Shown here one piece after another: positions 52,901 to 64,000 of a stretch of 64,000 nucleotides of DNA. Source of the stretch: Raillietiella orientalis (taxonomy: Eukaryota); assembly GCA_036172245.1 (NCBI GenBank), contig JAYWIR010000002.1:744001-808000 (forward strand). The letters run 5' to 3'. The notes beneath the pieces were generated by a model that worked only from the letters and a program-made list of their open reading frames with translations, was not told where the DNA came from and did no database searches. The translations under genes and the position numbers were made by a program. Within the stretch, counting starts at the first letter, position 1. Every line of letters begins with the position of its first letter.

Positions 52901-55350
52901 AGTAATCCGCCTCAAGAAACGCATTCCGCTCGGGTTCGTTCTTCGAGTGTGTCCTCTGCATGAGCGTAGGAGGAGGGCTTGCCTGACGTCGAGGAGAGCT
53001 TGAAGAATTCGGAGCTCTTCGCCGAAACGGTGGGTGGGGAGGGGATGCTCAATGACTGAGAGAAAGCGGGCGGATAAATGGGGAGAAATGAGGCGGATCA
53101 AAGAGCTACTCCACCAGCCTGAAAGAATAATTACGTCGGGGACAATGAACTATTCTTTAAGGTGCTCCACGCCGACGAACGAATGGAAGACCCTTCTTCC
53201 ACCTGTAGTGCTACGGTGGGGATTTACCAGCCTAGCTGGCGCGAAAAGGTGGACGAAACTCGCGGCACCATTACTCAGAGGACGCCATCTACCTTCCAAA
53301 ATTCGCTAAGCAGCGAAACTTGCAGCGTTTGGAAATCAAATTAGATGCAGCATCGAATGGCCGACGCCAATCCGCACCGTTCCTTCCTGGAACTTCCCCG
53401 AAGCCCGCGGTGTGCTCAGGTGCAAAAAGACTCCGTCTTCCCCCCTCGCTTTCTCCGAGTCCCATGCATCTTTCGCTGCTCCTGAGGTGGAGGGTTTAAT
53501 CTTCCAAGATGGCGGGAAGCTGAAGTGTGCGGTGGCGAGATTGGGCCGCCCCTTAGGAAAATCGGTCTTTCTTTGCCCTTGAAGAAGAGCACCTTTCCTC
53601 ATCAAAGAACGCTGCTCCATCGCGAACGATCGTATCCGCAGCTGCGTTGGATCTCGTAGCTTCAGGGGAGGAGGGGTGTGTGCTTGCAGCCCCCCAGAGC
53701 AAGGAGAGCTGCGAAGACATCGAGGAGCGAAGGGGCGCTGACAAAAAGTTTTGCTTCAGACGGCAGTATGTGTGATGCACTGGAGAGGGAGGGTCCACGG
53801 TGATTGCATTGGTGCTTCGAAAATCAATGATTTTCGGATGATTTCAATGATTTCTGATGACCTGCTTTCAATCTCTCTCCTTCTTCAATTTCCCATGATT
53901 TTTGATCTCCAAATTCTTGTTATGGATGCACGTGTGGACAGCTTGAGCAAACGCTCGCGGGGAGGGAGGAAGACGGGTGTGTTTGGCCCTCCGCTGGAGC
54001 CCGTTCCAAACTTCCGACAGATATCCTCTAGCCCTTCGGGCGCTTCAGACGGGTTCAGATGATGGCACACGACTGTGTCCCTGCTGGAACTTCAGCAATG
54101 GGGAAAGCAGGCAGAACATCTTTTCTTTCATCCCTTACTTCCTAGTAGACTCTCTTCGGAGCCCCTTTCTAAAGCAAGAACCCTTCTCAGAGGGAGGTGA
54201 TCGCAGAAGATGAGACGCAGAGCAGAGCTCAGTGAACGGGAACAAAGGGTTCTGCAAGCCTTGAGGAACGAATACATCCGTACGGCTGTTTCCTTTTGTT
54301 TGTCTGGTTGACCTTTGGTTAATCTATTGAGCTGACCTTTGGTTGCTGGAATCCCTCTAGGCTGGCTGATTTATCGAGGAGGTGGGATGGGTCCAACTCT
54401 GTGCTCTCTCGCCCATTGTGGATTTTTCTTTCGTTTTCACTCCGATAAAGTGCTAATCGAATCGGAAGGGAAGAGCAGGCAGGAGAATGAAAGACCAGAA
54501 GGAATCCGAAAGGCTTCCGGAAACCTTTGATGCTTCAGAAGTCTCTGACAAGCCCTCCCTTCTTAGAACTCAAGATCGCATCTTCGTCTGCAGTCCTTTC
54601 ACCTTCAAGACAGTTTTGCGTCGCGGACACGTGCGATTCTGGCCCGTCGAGGTTCTTCCATAGCTTTTACGAATCACTGCGAGGCGGGGGGAAAGTCTCT
54701 CCTGGACGGAGGCGCGACCAGTAATGGGAGGACGACCACGACGTCGGCTCGCATGTGGAAGAAGTGAATCAGAAGGCGGGTCGAGCCTTTTTCCCTGAGA
54801 CACGAGAACGCTGATGTTTCGGAGTCTCGTTAGAAGAGCTCACCCTTCCTGAAGAGAGAGAGCGACCAAGAGTCCATCCGGAGCTGCCATTTGCTCCTCC
54901 CTCTTTTGTCTTGAGGAAGCGGCAAGCATCATCACTGCGCTTTCAGATCCTAAAAAGAGCCTCATCTCTCAGATGACTATTGGAGCGTGTCATCTTTTGT
55001 TTCTGTCTTTCTTTTTCTGTCCGTTGCCATTGTAGACGTTGCCTCGAGGGAAGGCGCACTATGAAAGAGCAAAAAGTTCTGGAAAGCTGCCGGTCGCAGA
55101 GTCCGCGGCAGGAAACGAACTCTAGTTCACCCTTCCATCCCGATCAGCTCCTCTGTCGCAACAGCGATCTTTCGAGAGCCTCAGCACCATCCCTCGGAGC
55201 AGAGAAAGCAACGAGGCGTACAATCCAAGTTCATTTCCTTCCTGCCGCGTCTGGAAGATTCCAGCTCCTTCCATGGCATCTTTTCTTCAACTTCCTTTCC
55301 CTTTGCCGCTACGTGTGCTCAGCAGGGAGCCCTTCATAGGGTTGCCCCCA
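50000..55350 (-). mobile_element. L1/Tx1-like element 4 (ORF1 end to post-RT)
   Basis: 'YEGLP' (55324-55338) and 'KGKEVEE' (~55285-55305) are ORF1-like. RT motifs are 'FWAPISVL' (ORF 51418..51603, WRPISLL), 'TDTLNRIVL' and 'CSADTL' (FADD-like, ORF 50746..51126). Confidence 0.55.
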
Positions 55351-55379
55351 TCCATACAAGCAGCGGGGCGAAATTATTA

Positions 55380-55950
55380 AACAATTACAACAATTACACA
55401 TTTTGTTCAGCGCTTCTACACACATAGGGTGTCACTTTGTGAGCTATGTTCGGGTGGTTGATTTCCTCTGGGATGGAATCACTAGGAGCTGGTGGCAGTC
55501 TTCTCCAGCATGTAGCTGCATGTAGAGAAGGGTATTCTGCCGCGGTTTCTGATGCCTACTGCCTTCTGTACAACTCCTCCTAGAATGGCAGCAGAAGGCG
55601 CTTTGGATACGGTGCCCCGCATTTTCTCCCTTCTTACCGCGATGCTTGTGATGAAGAAGAGGGCGACGTTAGTGCGGACCATGAGATTACATCGGGAAGC
55701 GTTCCCGTTCCCTTCTAACATTCCCGCCATGACCTACATCTTCGGCGTCGTCTGCAGGTCCGTCACCTCCAGCGTTGCCCAGCCCTGGTGGAGCGTCGGT
55801 CTGGGAGCTGCGTTTCCTTGACTCCACATTCCTCACAGAACTCGTCCCGGATGTTTTCTAATAGGCATTTCACTCGGACAGTTCTTGTTGTCGTCACGAA
55901 CTCAGGATTCCTCCTTGATAAAGCACCTGGAGGTCATCCTGAGTTTCTGG
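55380..55950 (-). mobile_element. R2-like CCHC/RLE fragment E1
   Basis: 'DEFCEECGVKETQ' at 55808-55846 (C..C...ET knuckle), followed by the degenerate ORF 55482..55730. Confidence 0.5.
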
Positions 55951-56093
55951 TGGTGGATGGCTCCTCCAGACCGCCTCTCCAGCCTCCTTCAGGTTCGCTT
56001 TGGGTTTTCTTCTGGTGGAAATCCTTCTGGATTCTTCCGTTTTCGCTGCTTCCCTTCCAGCCTCTCCCCCCCCCCTCCCAGTTTTCTTCTCTC

Positions 56094-57950
56094 TTTTTTT
56101 TTTTTTTGGTTCTCAAGGAGTGATGAAGAACCGTCCGCTCCTTAAGAGGAGCTCCTTAACGCTGTCCACACCACCCGAAGGTGCTTGCAATTCAAGTTAT
56201 AGGAGGTACGCCAGAGGGACCACCCTATGAATCCAAGAAGGCTCTGGAGGAACGAGTCCCTTACATTTGGGAGGGAACTTCCGAGGAGACCCTCGCCCTG
56301 GTTGTCTTCCTCTTCTTTATTCCCTCTGGAGAGCGCCGCTCCTCATTATTCCACCGAAGGGAACACGGAAAGGATCCAATTCTGGAATTTCTTCGTCCGA
56401 GAGAACCCGCAAGGGGACTGCTCCTTTTTTCCGCCTCTGAAGAGAACCCTGAAGGCAACCGGCTCCTTGATTCCAGGAAGGATCCTGAAGGATCCACTCC
56501 CAATCCCAGACAGTTAAGGGAGCATCCGGTTTCTGGCTTCCACCAGTGCCCCAGCGTCATCCTCGGACATCATCACCGGACTCGAAATGCAGGAAGTACT
56601 CCCCATTCTCGGCGTCGATCCTCCACGTTGGGATACGAACCCGCAGCACTCGATTCCACGCGCGGAGACCGCAGCCCCACGACCGCCAGAGCGTGCTGGT
56701 GGCGTCTGGCAGCCATGGCGAGGGCATCCCGGTTTCCATCTTCAGCGGGAAAGAGTTCCGGGGATCTTTGGTCACTATTTCGAGCCGCGTGTAGTTGTTT
56801 TGGTTCTTCCAAAGTTCACGTGTCTTGCGGGTGAATCTTCCTTTGGTTTGTTCGGTGTAACGAAAGAGCCGCTTTCGGCGGCGATTGCCACCGGAGGAGA
56901 ACTCTTCACTTCGTATCCGATCCTCACCTTGGGCTTCTGATGTACCCAAGGAACCCACCGCAGGAACACCCTCCTTCCAGCCTACAACACCTGAACAGTA
57001 GCAACCACAACGAGGAGCGTCGAGCGCTCTTCCCTCACACGGGCCTTCGGCAGACCGCTGGCGCCGGCTCTTGCGACGCCGAGCCGACGAACGTGATGTC
57101 AGTCGACGCGCGTCGGTGAATTGGCGGCGTAGCTCGCGCGCCATCCGACAGGCTGCACCTAATCTATACGTGGCACGTGACTTCTCTCCCGATGAAGCGG
57201 TTGCGGCATTCGGTAGGTATTTCCGGAAAACAATCACGCCCGTAATCCACTCCCGAAACTGGTTCTACTTGCGCTGCCGCGCTGTGGGAATTCCACCACT
57301 TCAGCCACCCGCGGATGGAAGGGAGGACGCCGAGCCGCAGCAGGGCCCGCCGAGCAGCGTTTCTTGCTCGAGACCACGGAGTCGAACAGACTTTTCTTTG
57401 GCGGCAGCAGCTGCTGTGCATTCCTGAGACTTTCCAGATCGAGGTGAGGAGTCTTCGCGCATCCTGCTCCATGTTTCTCGACGATGGATCAGCGGTCTTC
57501 CATCTTTTTCCCTAGGAGCTCTGATTACGGCCCTGCTTTTCAAAGGCTTCTGATGGCCAGCTGAGAAGACTGCAGGGTCAAGACCGTTCGCCCTTCCAGG
57601 AGAGCTCTGAACGCGAAGTACTTTTTGGACGTATGCTCGCTTCCAAGGCTTCCATTCCCTATTCCACTTCAGCCATTCTCTACCCGCCATACAAGAGGAG
57701 CGATCCAGAACCTTCTCGACTTCTGTGTGCCGTGGCGCAAGAATGCAGTGCGGCTTGGAGCAGAACAGTTTCTAGTGGCTCATCCTGTACAAGCAAATGG
57801 CGAGGAATACAACGGCATCTGCTCAGCCTGGCTGCTAGACACGACCCTACCTTCCGGGAGGATTGACTAAAGGGACCGGTATCGGCGACGTGGCAGAGCC
57901 CCCTCCCCCCCCCTCCAGTCGTTTGTGCATTTTGAGTCAACCTCTCTCGA
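56094..57950 (-). mobile_element. R2-like element E2: post-RT, RLE, 3' UTR copy C, A-tail
   Basis: 'IRAPREKDG', 'GYEVKSSPPVAI...FVTP' and 'LAVVGLR'. The family UTR occupies 56108-56500 and a T14 run at 56094-56107 is the A-tail on the minus strand. Confidence 0.7.
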
Positions 57951-57997
57951 GTCTCGCATGATGGCGAAACGCGGCGGCACTCGAGGAGGTCAGGTGG

Positions 57998-60900
57998 TTT
58001 TTTTTCATGTGGCATAGTGCTGAAGAACCTGTTCGCCTCCTTTGGGGGAGCTCACGAAGCTCCTTAACGCTAACTGCGCCTCCCAAAGGTGCGTGTTAAT
58101 CTTCTAGTTGGGGGGGGGGGGGACCCAAGAGTAACCATCCTATGGAATCAGGAAGACTCCAGAGGAAGGAATCCTCCGGGAAGGACCACCCGGAGAAAGC
58201 CATTCCTCATTTCTTTTCCGAAAGGGGTTCCAGCCATTTTCAGTCTTCGCAACGAAAATGAGAAAACCCTTTCGCAAAAACAAATAAGCAGCTCCCGAGG
58301 TTCGGCAAGAGGGAGCATGCGAGCGAAAATGATTCTAAATGCCTTCAGCCTCAGGAGCCGATTGTCAGGGATGTGGCTCGGCATCGAATTTTGCCGCCGC
58401 CTCTTCCGTGTCCATGTAACGTGCAGTAGGATCGTAAGGAGTGCCTCTCCTTCCGTGTGTTCGGGAAGGAGGTCGACAGCGAGGTTCCAGCCGGTTCTTC
58501 GAGATCGATGCAGGGTTTCCGGGAGGTGACCTCAGCGCTAATGCACTGCTTCCAGCGTCCGGGTGAGCGTCACTCCTTCAACAACTCCAGCAACTACTCG
58601 CACTTGATCTTCCTGTCCTTGGAGGCAGCTGCCTCTCCCATAGGTCCTCCCTCTTAAGGGAAGAGGATCTTCCTCAGAACATGGCTAGGAAGGAAATGGA
58701 GGGTGAAGAGGGAGAGAGAATAAATGAATGAATAAATACATAGGCATGGGATGGGCTGACCTCGTGGCGGGGACTTCGAGAGCGTGTTCCGGTCAGGGAA
58801 TGGATTGCTGCCACATGTTGCGAGCTACGTAGGACCACAACTGTCCCGAGACTCGCTTTTGTTCCGTTTGGTCCACTCTTCATGAGAAAGCGAAACTCTT
58901 TTGTGGTTGGCGGACGCACTCCCATTTTGGAGATCACCGTCTCTTCTGACCATCCGAGCATGTCAGGAGGATCACCAGCTGGAACCCTAAGGGTAAACAT
59001 TCTTTCCAGTAGGTTTTGAAGAGCATCACTAGACAGTTAAAGCTCTCCTGGGATGGGATTCACCTCAGCTGCAGCCTGGGACATTCCGAAAACGCGTGTG
59101 GACTGCTTCCATTATTCCGCAGTGAGCCGCATTCCCTGCAGCTCAATGGTCAGGCTCCGGAAGAAGGATTCGAGATTCCCAGGCTTTCATGTCGCTGCAA
59201 TCTCTCGAAGCGGTAGGAATGGCGGGTGGGAGGAAACGCTTTTCGTCTGATCGCTTCTCGCGAAGGATGCTGCTATCTCTTCTGGCAGGGCCCGACGACT
59301 ACCACGAGCCCTATCCGACTAGTCGAGTAGCTATTGCAATCGTCTACCACAGCAACCTTCTCGATTCGGTCTGACCTCAGCCGTACTCGTGCAAGATGGC
59401 GGGGAGGAGTCGCGGACCCCCACAGCCGCTGGAAACCCTACCTTAGCCCATATTTTTGGCTCCAGCGACTGCTTCCTTTAGCCAGGATGAAATGATTCCG
59501 AAGTTTTCGGTGCAGTGGGAAGCGTGGCAGCTACACCCCTAGCTGCCATGGAAACAGCCCGCCCTTACAGGTTGAATGGAAAGCACGAGAGCCCTGCGAA
59601 AGGCTGCTTCCATGGGAACGACGGGCTTGTCTTTCGCCTGCCGCTACTGCCACGTGCACCTCGCGCTCTCTCTCATGCTCCCGACTGGGGAAGTGCAAAT
59701 CAAGGATCAGCGCATCGCATCGTGGGCGTTACGTCCCGCGAGTCTGCCGGGAGTAGCCGTGACACGCCGGACGTGGATCAGAGCGAGGCTCTTCCTGTCT
59801 CACCAGGATGCAGTGCCCGTGGACGGATCTGAGCGCGCAACCGGGACCTCTCACTGCCAATTCTGGAGAGCCGGCTCTCTCCCTGAGGAGGTTCTCTCCC
59901 TCGTCTCGACTGCCCGAGCAGAGGGCCATTTGTTTTCGAACTCCTTCGACCAGGGTCTGGAAGATGCCTTAGGCGATCTCTCTAGGCACCTCCGACCTCT
60001 CCGATAAGAAACTTCCAAACGATTCACCCCCCTCTTTGGGGAACCAGCGTTTGCCCGTTACTCCTAGACAACCTCCCGGATTCGAATGACTGCTCGGATG
60101 TTCCTCCAGGAGCGGCATACTTTGCATTAATGACGCATGGAGCAGGGTGCTCTTGAAACAAGCTGTAAGCGTCAGCTCTGCAGCTCCGCATGTTCCCCGC
60201 TTCCAGGAAGAGCATCAGAGATGATGCGGTTTGGGGCAAGGCCGGCCGATGGAACCCGTGCGTTCGCTGCGGGAGCCTCCATCACCGCTTGGGTGAAAGG
60301 GGAGGAGGAATCTGCACTCCACGGTATCCACTGCGCGGAAGCGACCCAAGGGGGCAGTCCTCGCTCCCTCATCCGGAAGAGGATCGCGGGGGGAAAAAAG
60401 GGAAGAAGGAATTTCGGGCGGGGCGAGGGCGAGGTGCGGAGCGCTGCCGCCTTATGGTCCCCGGCTTTCCGTGGCGACGGACGGACGGACGGACACGCGT
60501 GCAGTAGCACATTGTTCTCCTTGACAATGGGCCCACACGTGGACGGGCCGTTTTATGAGGCCGTCGGGAGGATTTGCATTCGGACGCCCGGCGTGCGATG
60601 TGGCGCAGCAGAGAGGCGCGCGCGAGCGAGCGCACGGCGAGGATTTGTTAGAGGGATAATCCGCTTGTCGAGATGAATGAGAGGATGAGCTACTTCTCAT
60701 GCTTCTGCCTTTGACAGACTCATCATCTCGCTTTCCTTTTTTCTCCTTCAACACGAGGCTTTTGTCCAGATACGGGAGAAGATGTCCAAAAAAAAAAAAA
60801 ACGAAAGAGAAAGAAGGAAAAAAAAAAAAAGCAAAAAGGCGATGTAGTTACGAGGGAGCGATCTTTTGGGAGGGGAGGGGCGTCCCGAGGGGTGTAGTTT

Positions 60901-61650
60901 TCAAGTTCACGTGACGCGGCCTCGGTTTTCTTTATCGAGCGCTTACGCACCAGCGCGCGCGTTTCGCGGCGCGATCGGCCGATGCTTCGTGGCGCGTCGG
61001 CGAGACCTGCCGCGCGCCGCGATAGCGGTCGCAACGGGTGACGCGACAAAATTCGGAATGATCACAGGGAGAAAGCGGGACGACAGGCGTGACAGGCATG
61101 TCGCGGGAGAGCCCACAATTATTCTTGGATCCAGAGGGAAGAGGCTGTTGCAAAACAAACAGCAGCCCTCCTCACTGTTCTTCTGCCAGAGAGAACGAAC
61201 GGTCCTCTCGTCAGGAGGCGCGGTAAACACGCGGCTGGTGTCCGACTGAGCCCGGGGAACGAGCGGGCTGTCGCAGCGCCGCGCGAACCGAACACGTTCT
61301 CAGGAGCAGCAGCACAAGTGCCTCCCGATCCTCGGATCCCTTGCCTGCTGTGCTCGAAAGGGAGAGCAGGTGGGTAAGGTGGGCAGCGAAGGAGAGGTAT
61401 GTGAGGCCATCACGTGTGTTCCTACCCGGTAGTGGTCCCAACAGCTGCTGCCAACAGCGCCCACGCACCGTGCTCTTTAGAGCTGTTCGTTGACGAGCCG
61501 GAGACGAGGTGTCAAGGGCGGGTGAGCTCTCAGCTTCGCCTCTGCTGCTGCCGCTACCGCTACGACGTGGTGCGGCCGGCCGCCGCCAACAGGACGGCCT
61601 TCTTGCTGTCGTCGCCATCTGAATGGAAGAGGAGGGGAAGAACAAGAACG
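57998..61650 (-). mobile_element. R2-like element E3: RT, CCHC, RLE, 3' UTR copy D, A-tail
   Basis: 'PGRNTRDGLTYL' (domain 0, ~61400), 'RERGLPPW...SSPFTQAVME' (~60300), an intact knuckle 'CRECGSLRNNGSSPHAFSEC' (59081-59140) and 'PPDMLGWSEETVI' (RLE PD, ~58960). The UTR is at 58006-58250 and T8 at 57998-58005. Confidence 0.75.
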
Positions 61651-61899
61651 AATTTCTTCCAAGAACAAGTTCGCAATCGCCGCGGTGACCGCTGAGAAAA
61701 AAGTGAGGGAAACGTCAGAAGGTTTTTTTTTGTGTGTGTGTGTTTTCTTTCCCTTTTCTGACTCCCGGGAAAACGAAAAGCAAGGAGTGAACTGCACTTC
61801 CGGGGTTTCGCGCCGGGAAGGCACGCGGACTTCCCGGGAGACGGATCTTTTCAAATTAAAGAAGAAACAAACAGCGCTGTTCTTTTCTTGTCACCTGCC

Positions 61900-64000
61900 A
61901 CTGGATCGAAGATCTCAGAGGCAGCACGACACGTTCCGTGCACGGAACTGGCTCCTGGAGGGTGAAAGAGGGAGGAACGCACAACCAAGGCAGACAGAGA
62001 TGAGCCCAGGTGATGCAGGTCATGTAGATGATCGCTACACCTGGGCGCTGTAGACAAACGCGTGGCCCTAGGAAAACAGGAGGATCCCAGGACGGAGGAA
62101 AGGAAGAGAAGAGAGAGGGGGATGGAGGAATGGAAGACGAGAAGGGGAAGAGGAGGAAGAGAGGAAGAGGAGGAGAGGTTCCTCTGGAAATTCCGATCTG
62201 GGCGATGCGCTCGAGCGAGGAAAGGCAACGTGATCCCCTGGTTGCGGCAAAGCATGAATTCATCCTTCGCGCTCGCAGACACCGTACACGCAGGAAACGC
62301 GCACCTCCATTTCGGACGGATGGCGCCTCCGGATGGTGCCCAACTCCGTTTCACCACGGGGCGTCCGGTCAAATGTCTGGTCTTTTCGCGGAAGGTGGCT
62401 ATTCTCGCTGCATTTCGGTCTGGCAAGATCGGCGACAGTTTCCCCGGATGCGGCCCGGACAGCTTCGGGGCATGGAACGTTCCGCGTGTGTGGATGACAG
62501 CGCCGCTCCACAAGGAACACCTTCCGCAGCCGACAAACTCAACACCCCGCGTGGCACGAGAGTTCCTGAGGGACGCAAGCCTGGGGGTCCGGACGCTCGC
62601 CTTGAAGCCCGAACTGGGATGGTGGGGGAGCGGAGAGGGGGCGAATTTCGTATCCAAGCCAGGTCCTATCGGTCATCCCAGCAAGGGTAGCGTCCACGAA
62701 GGGGATGAAACGGTTTTCCCCATGAAGCTGAGAGGACTGACCACGCTTCCTGGGCGAGCACGTCCACGGGGAACGTGGGGCTTTCTCAAAACTAGGTTTC
62801 CTGCCCCAGCGCGTTCGCTGAAACCTTGCTAAAAGGGAACGCGACTGCTCAGTGCCGCCCCAAAGGATCTCCCGGGAACGTCCGCAGTGTTTGGGAGGAA
62901 GATGCTTGAGAGCTTGCATCCTCCAGGATTCGGAAGGGGGGCGCTTCATATGCTGCGCGCACGTGGTTAGCTTGACGGAGACCTCTTCAACGTGCGCTCC
63001 TTATCCTCCTTCGTTCTGATTGGGAAGGTGGGCAAACAGCATCCTTGGGTGCCCCTGTGACCCCGTGCTCCGGATATGTGCTTGTCAGATGGACCCTTGC
63101 CAGACTTCTGCTGACGCAAAATAATTTGAGCAGTCTCATTTCCTTTCAAGGTCCCCATTCTGGAGATTTTCTCTTGAATTTGTCCTTCGGCTATTCCCCC
63201 CCCATTCTCTCTCTCCCGTGAGGAGCTCGTCTGTGCAGAGAAAGTGTGGTAGGAGACCACTACCTGGTTTCCAAGAGCTGGGGAACCACTTCAGTTCTTG
63301 CTGATCAGCCGCCTCTAGACCCCGTTGCTCCTCTGCGATCATTCTTTTCCGCCTCGTGTCCCTTTATGGATGATGTGGCCCGTTGCTTTCTTCCGCATCA
63401 GGGGGCAGGAGTGAGACTGAGGGCGTAAACTCGTTGGTTTGGGCACACTCCCGGCTACGAGGAGCGAACTCACCGAGTTCTTGCACCAGGATATGCTCCC
63501 TTCCAAGTCACAGGCTGAAAGGAAGCGAATCCTCGTGGCCTCTGACTTTGCTGTCTTCTGGATGGATTCTGAGCCCCTCCAAATTGTTCGTTCTCGGTCG
63601 AAAACGTTTCTGTCCTCGCTGTTGTTTCCTCAGCTGCCCACGTTTCTACGGAATTTGTGCTCCCCTTGTCCTACTTTCGGACCTTCTATCTTGCCCTACA
63701 AAGTGGCTATGTAGGCGCTGACCCTATGCAAAGCACAAAGACGATGAAGATCTCCATGTTTATCCTAATTCTAGATCCAAGGATGAAAAGGACTACGGAG
63801 TCCTTTCCAATATAAGTATCAGTTTGTGGCGAATAAGCCTCGGGCTGATTACTATCAGCCCTAATCACATAAGAGATGAAGTATCCAACAGCGTTACTCT
63901 CATTTCTCCGAAAGCTGCGCCGCCAAAGGTTTGCTGTGCGCCATAATTGATGCAGGGAGAAGCTTGAAGTAATAGCTCAAAATTTAACCGATCCTGGCCG
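61900..64000 (-). mobile_element. R2-like element E4: post-RT, knuckle and RLE, probably running off the window edge
   Basis: ORF 61851..62657 has 'RATRGVEFVGCGRCSLWSGAVIHTRG' (R..RG...CRRC...H), ORF 62260..62520 has 'CPEAVRAASGETVADLA' and ORF 62539..62949 has 'ALKHLP'. Confidence 0.6.

Noticed and set aside
58015..58075. Hammerhead ribozyme (CTGAAGA core) antisense to the 3' UTR, as in Penelope elements
   Set aside because: No stem II closing onto GAAA, the core is not kept in copies B or C, and no GIY-YIG motif was seen.
1..64000. CRISPR array, telomeric or satellite array, rRNA or snRNA genes
   Set aside because: No regularly spaced repeats and no recognisable rRNA or snRNA sequence. 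Only short homopolymers and microsatellites were seen.

Overview
This window is eukaryotic and appears to consist almost entirely of old, frameshifted, nested retrotransposons. I found no intact host gene, RNA gene or CRISPR array. Most ORF-track entries are either antisense shadows of these elements or broken pieces of their genes. Three element classes are recognisable from degenerate protein motifs read by eye. (1) About a dozen fragments of R2-like non-LTR elements (zinc finger/Myb, RT, CCHC knuckle, restriction-like endonuclease [RLE]). At least four end in a shared structured 3' UTR plus A-tail, and none is flanked by the canonical 28S rDNA R2 target. (2) L1/Tx1-like elements (APE, RT), some with plant-type ORF1 motifs, including a co-oriented minus-strand cluster at ~32-55 kb. 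(3) One DIRS-like tyrosine-recombinase retrotransposon remnant at ~12-15.6 kb. Almost every recognisable element from 32 kb to the end is on the minus strand. All boundaries are approximate and family calls need HMM confirmation.
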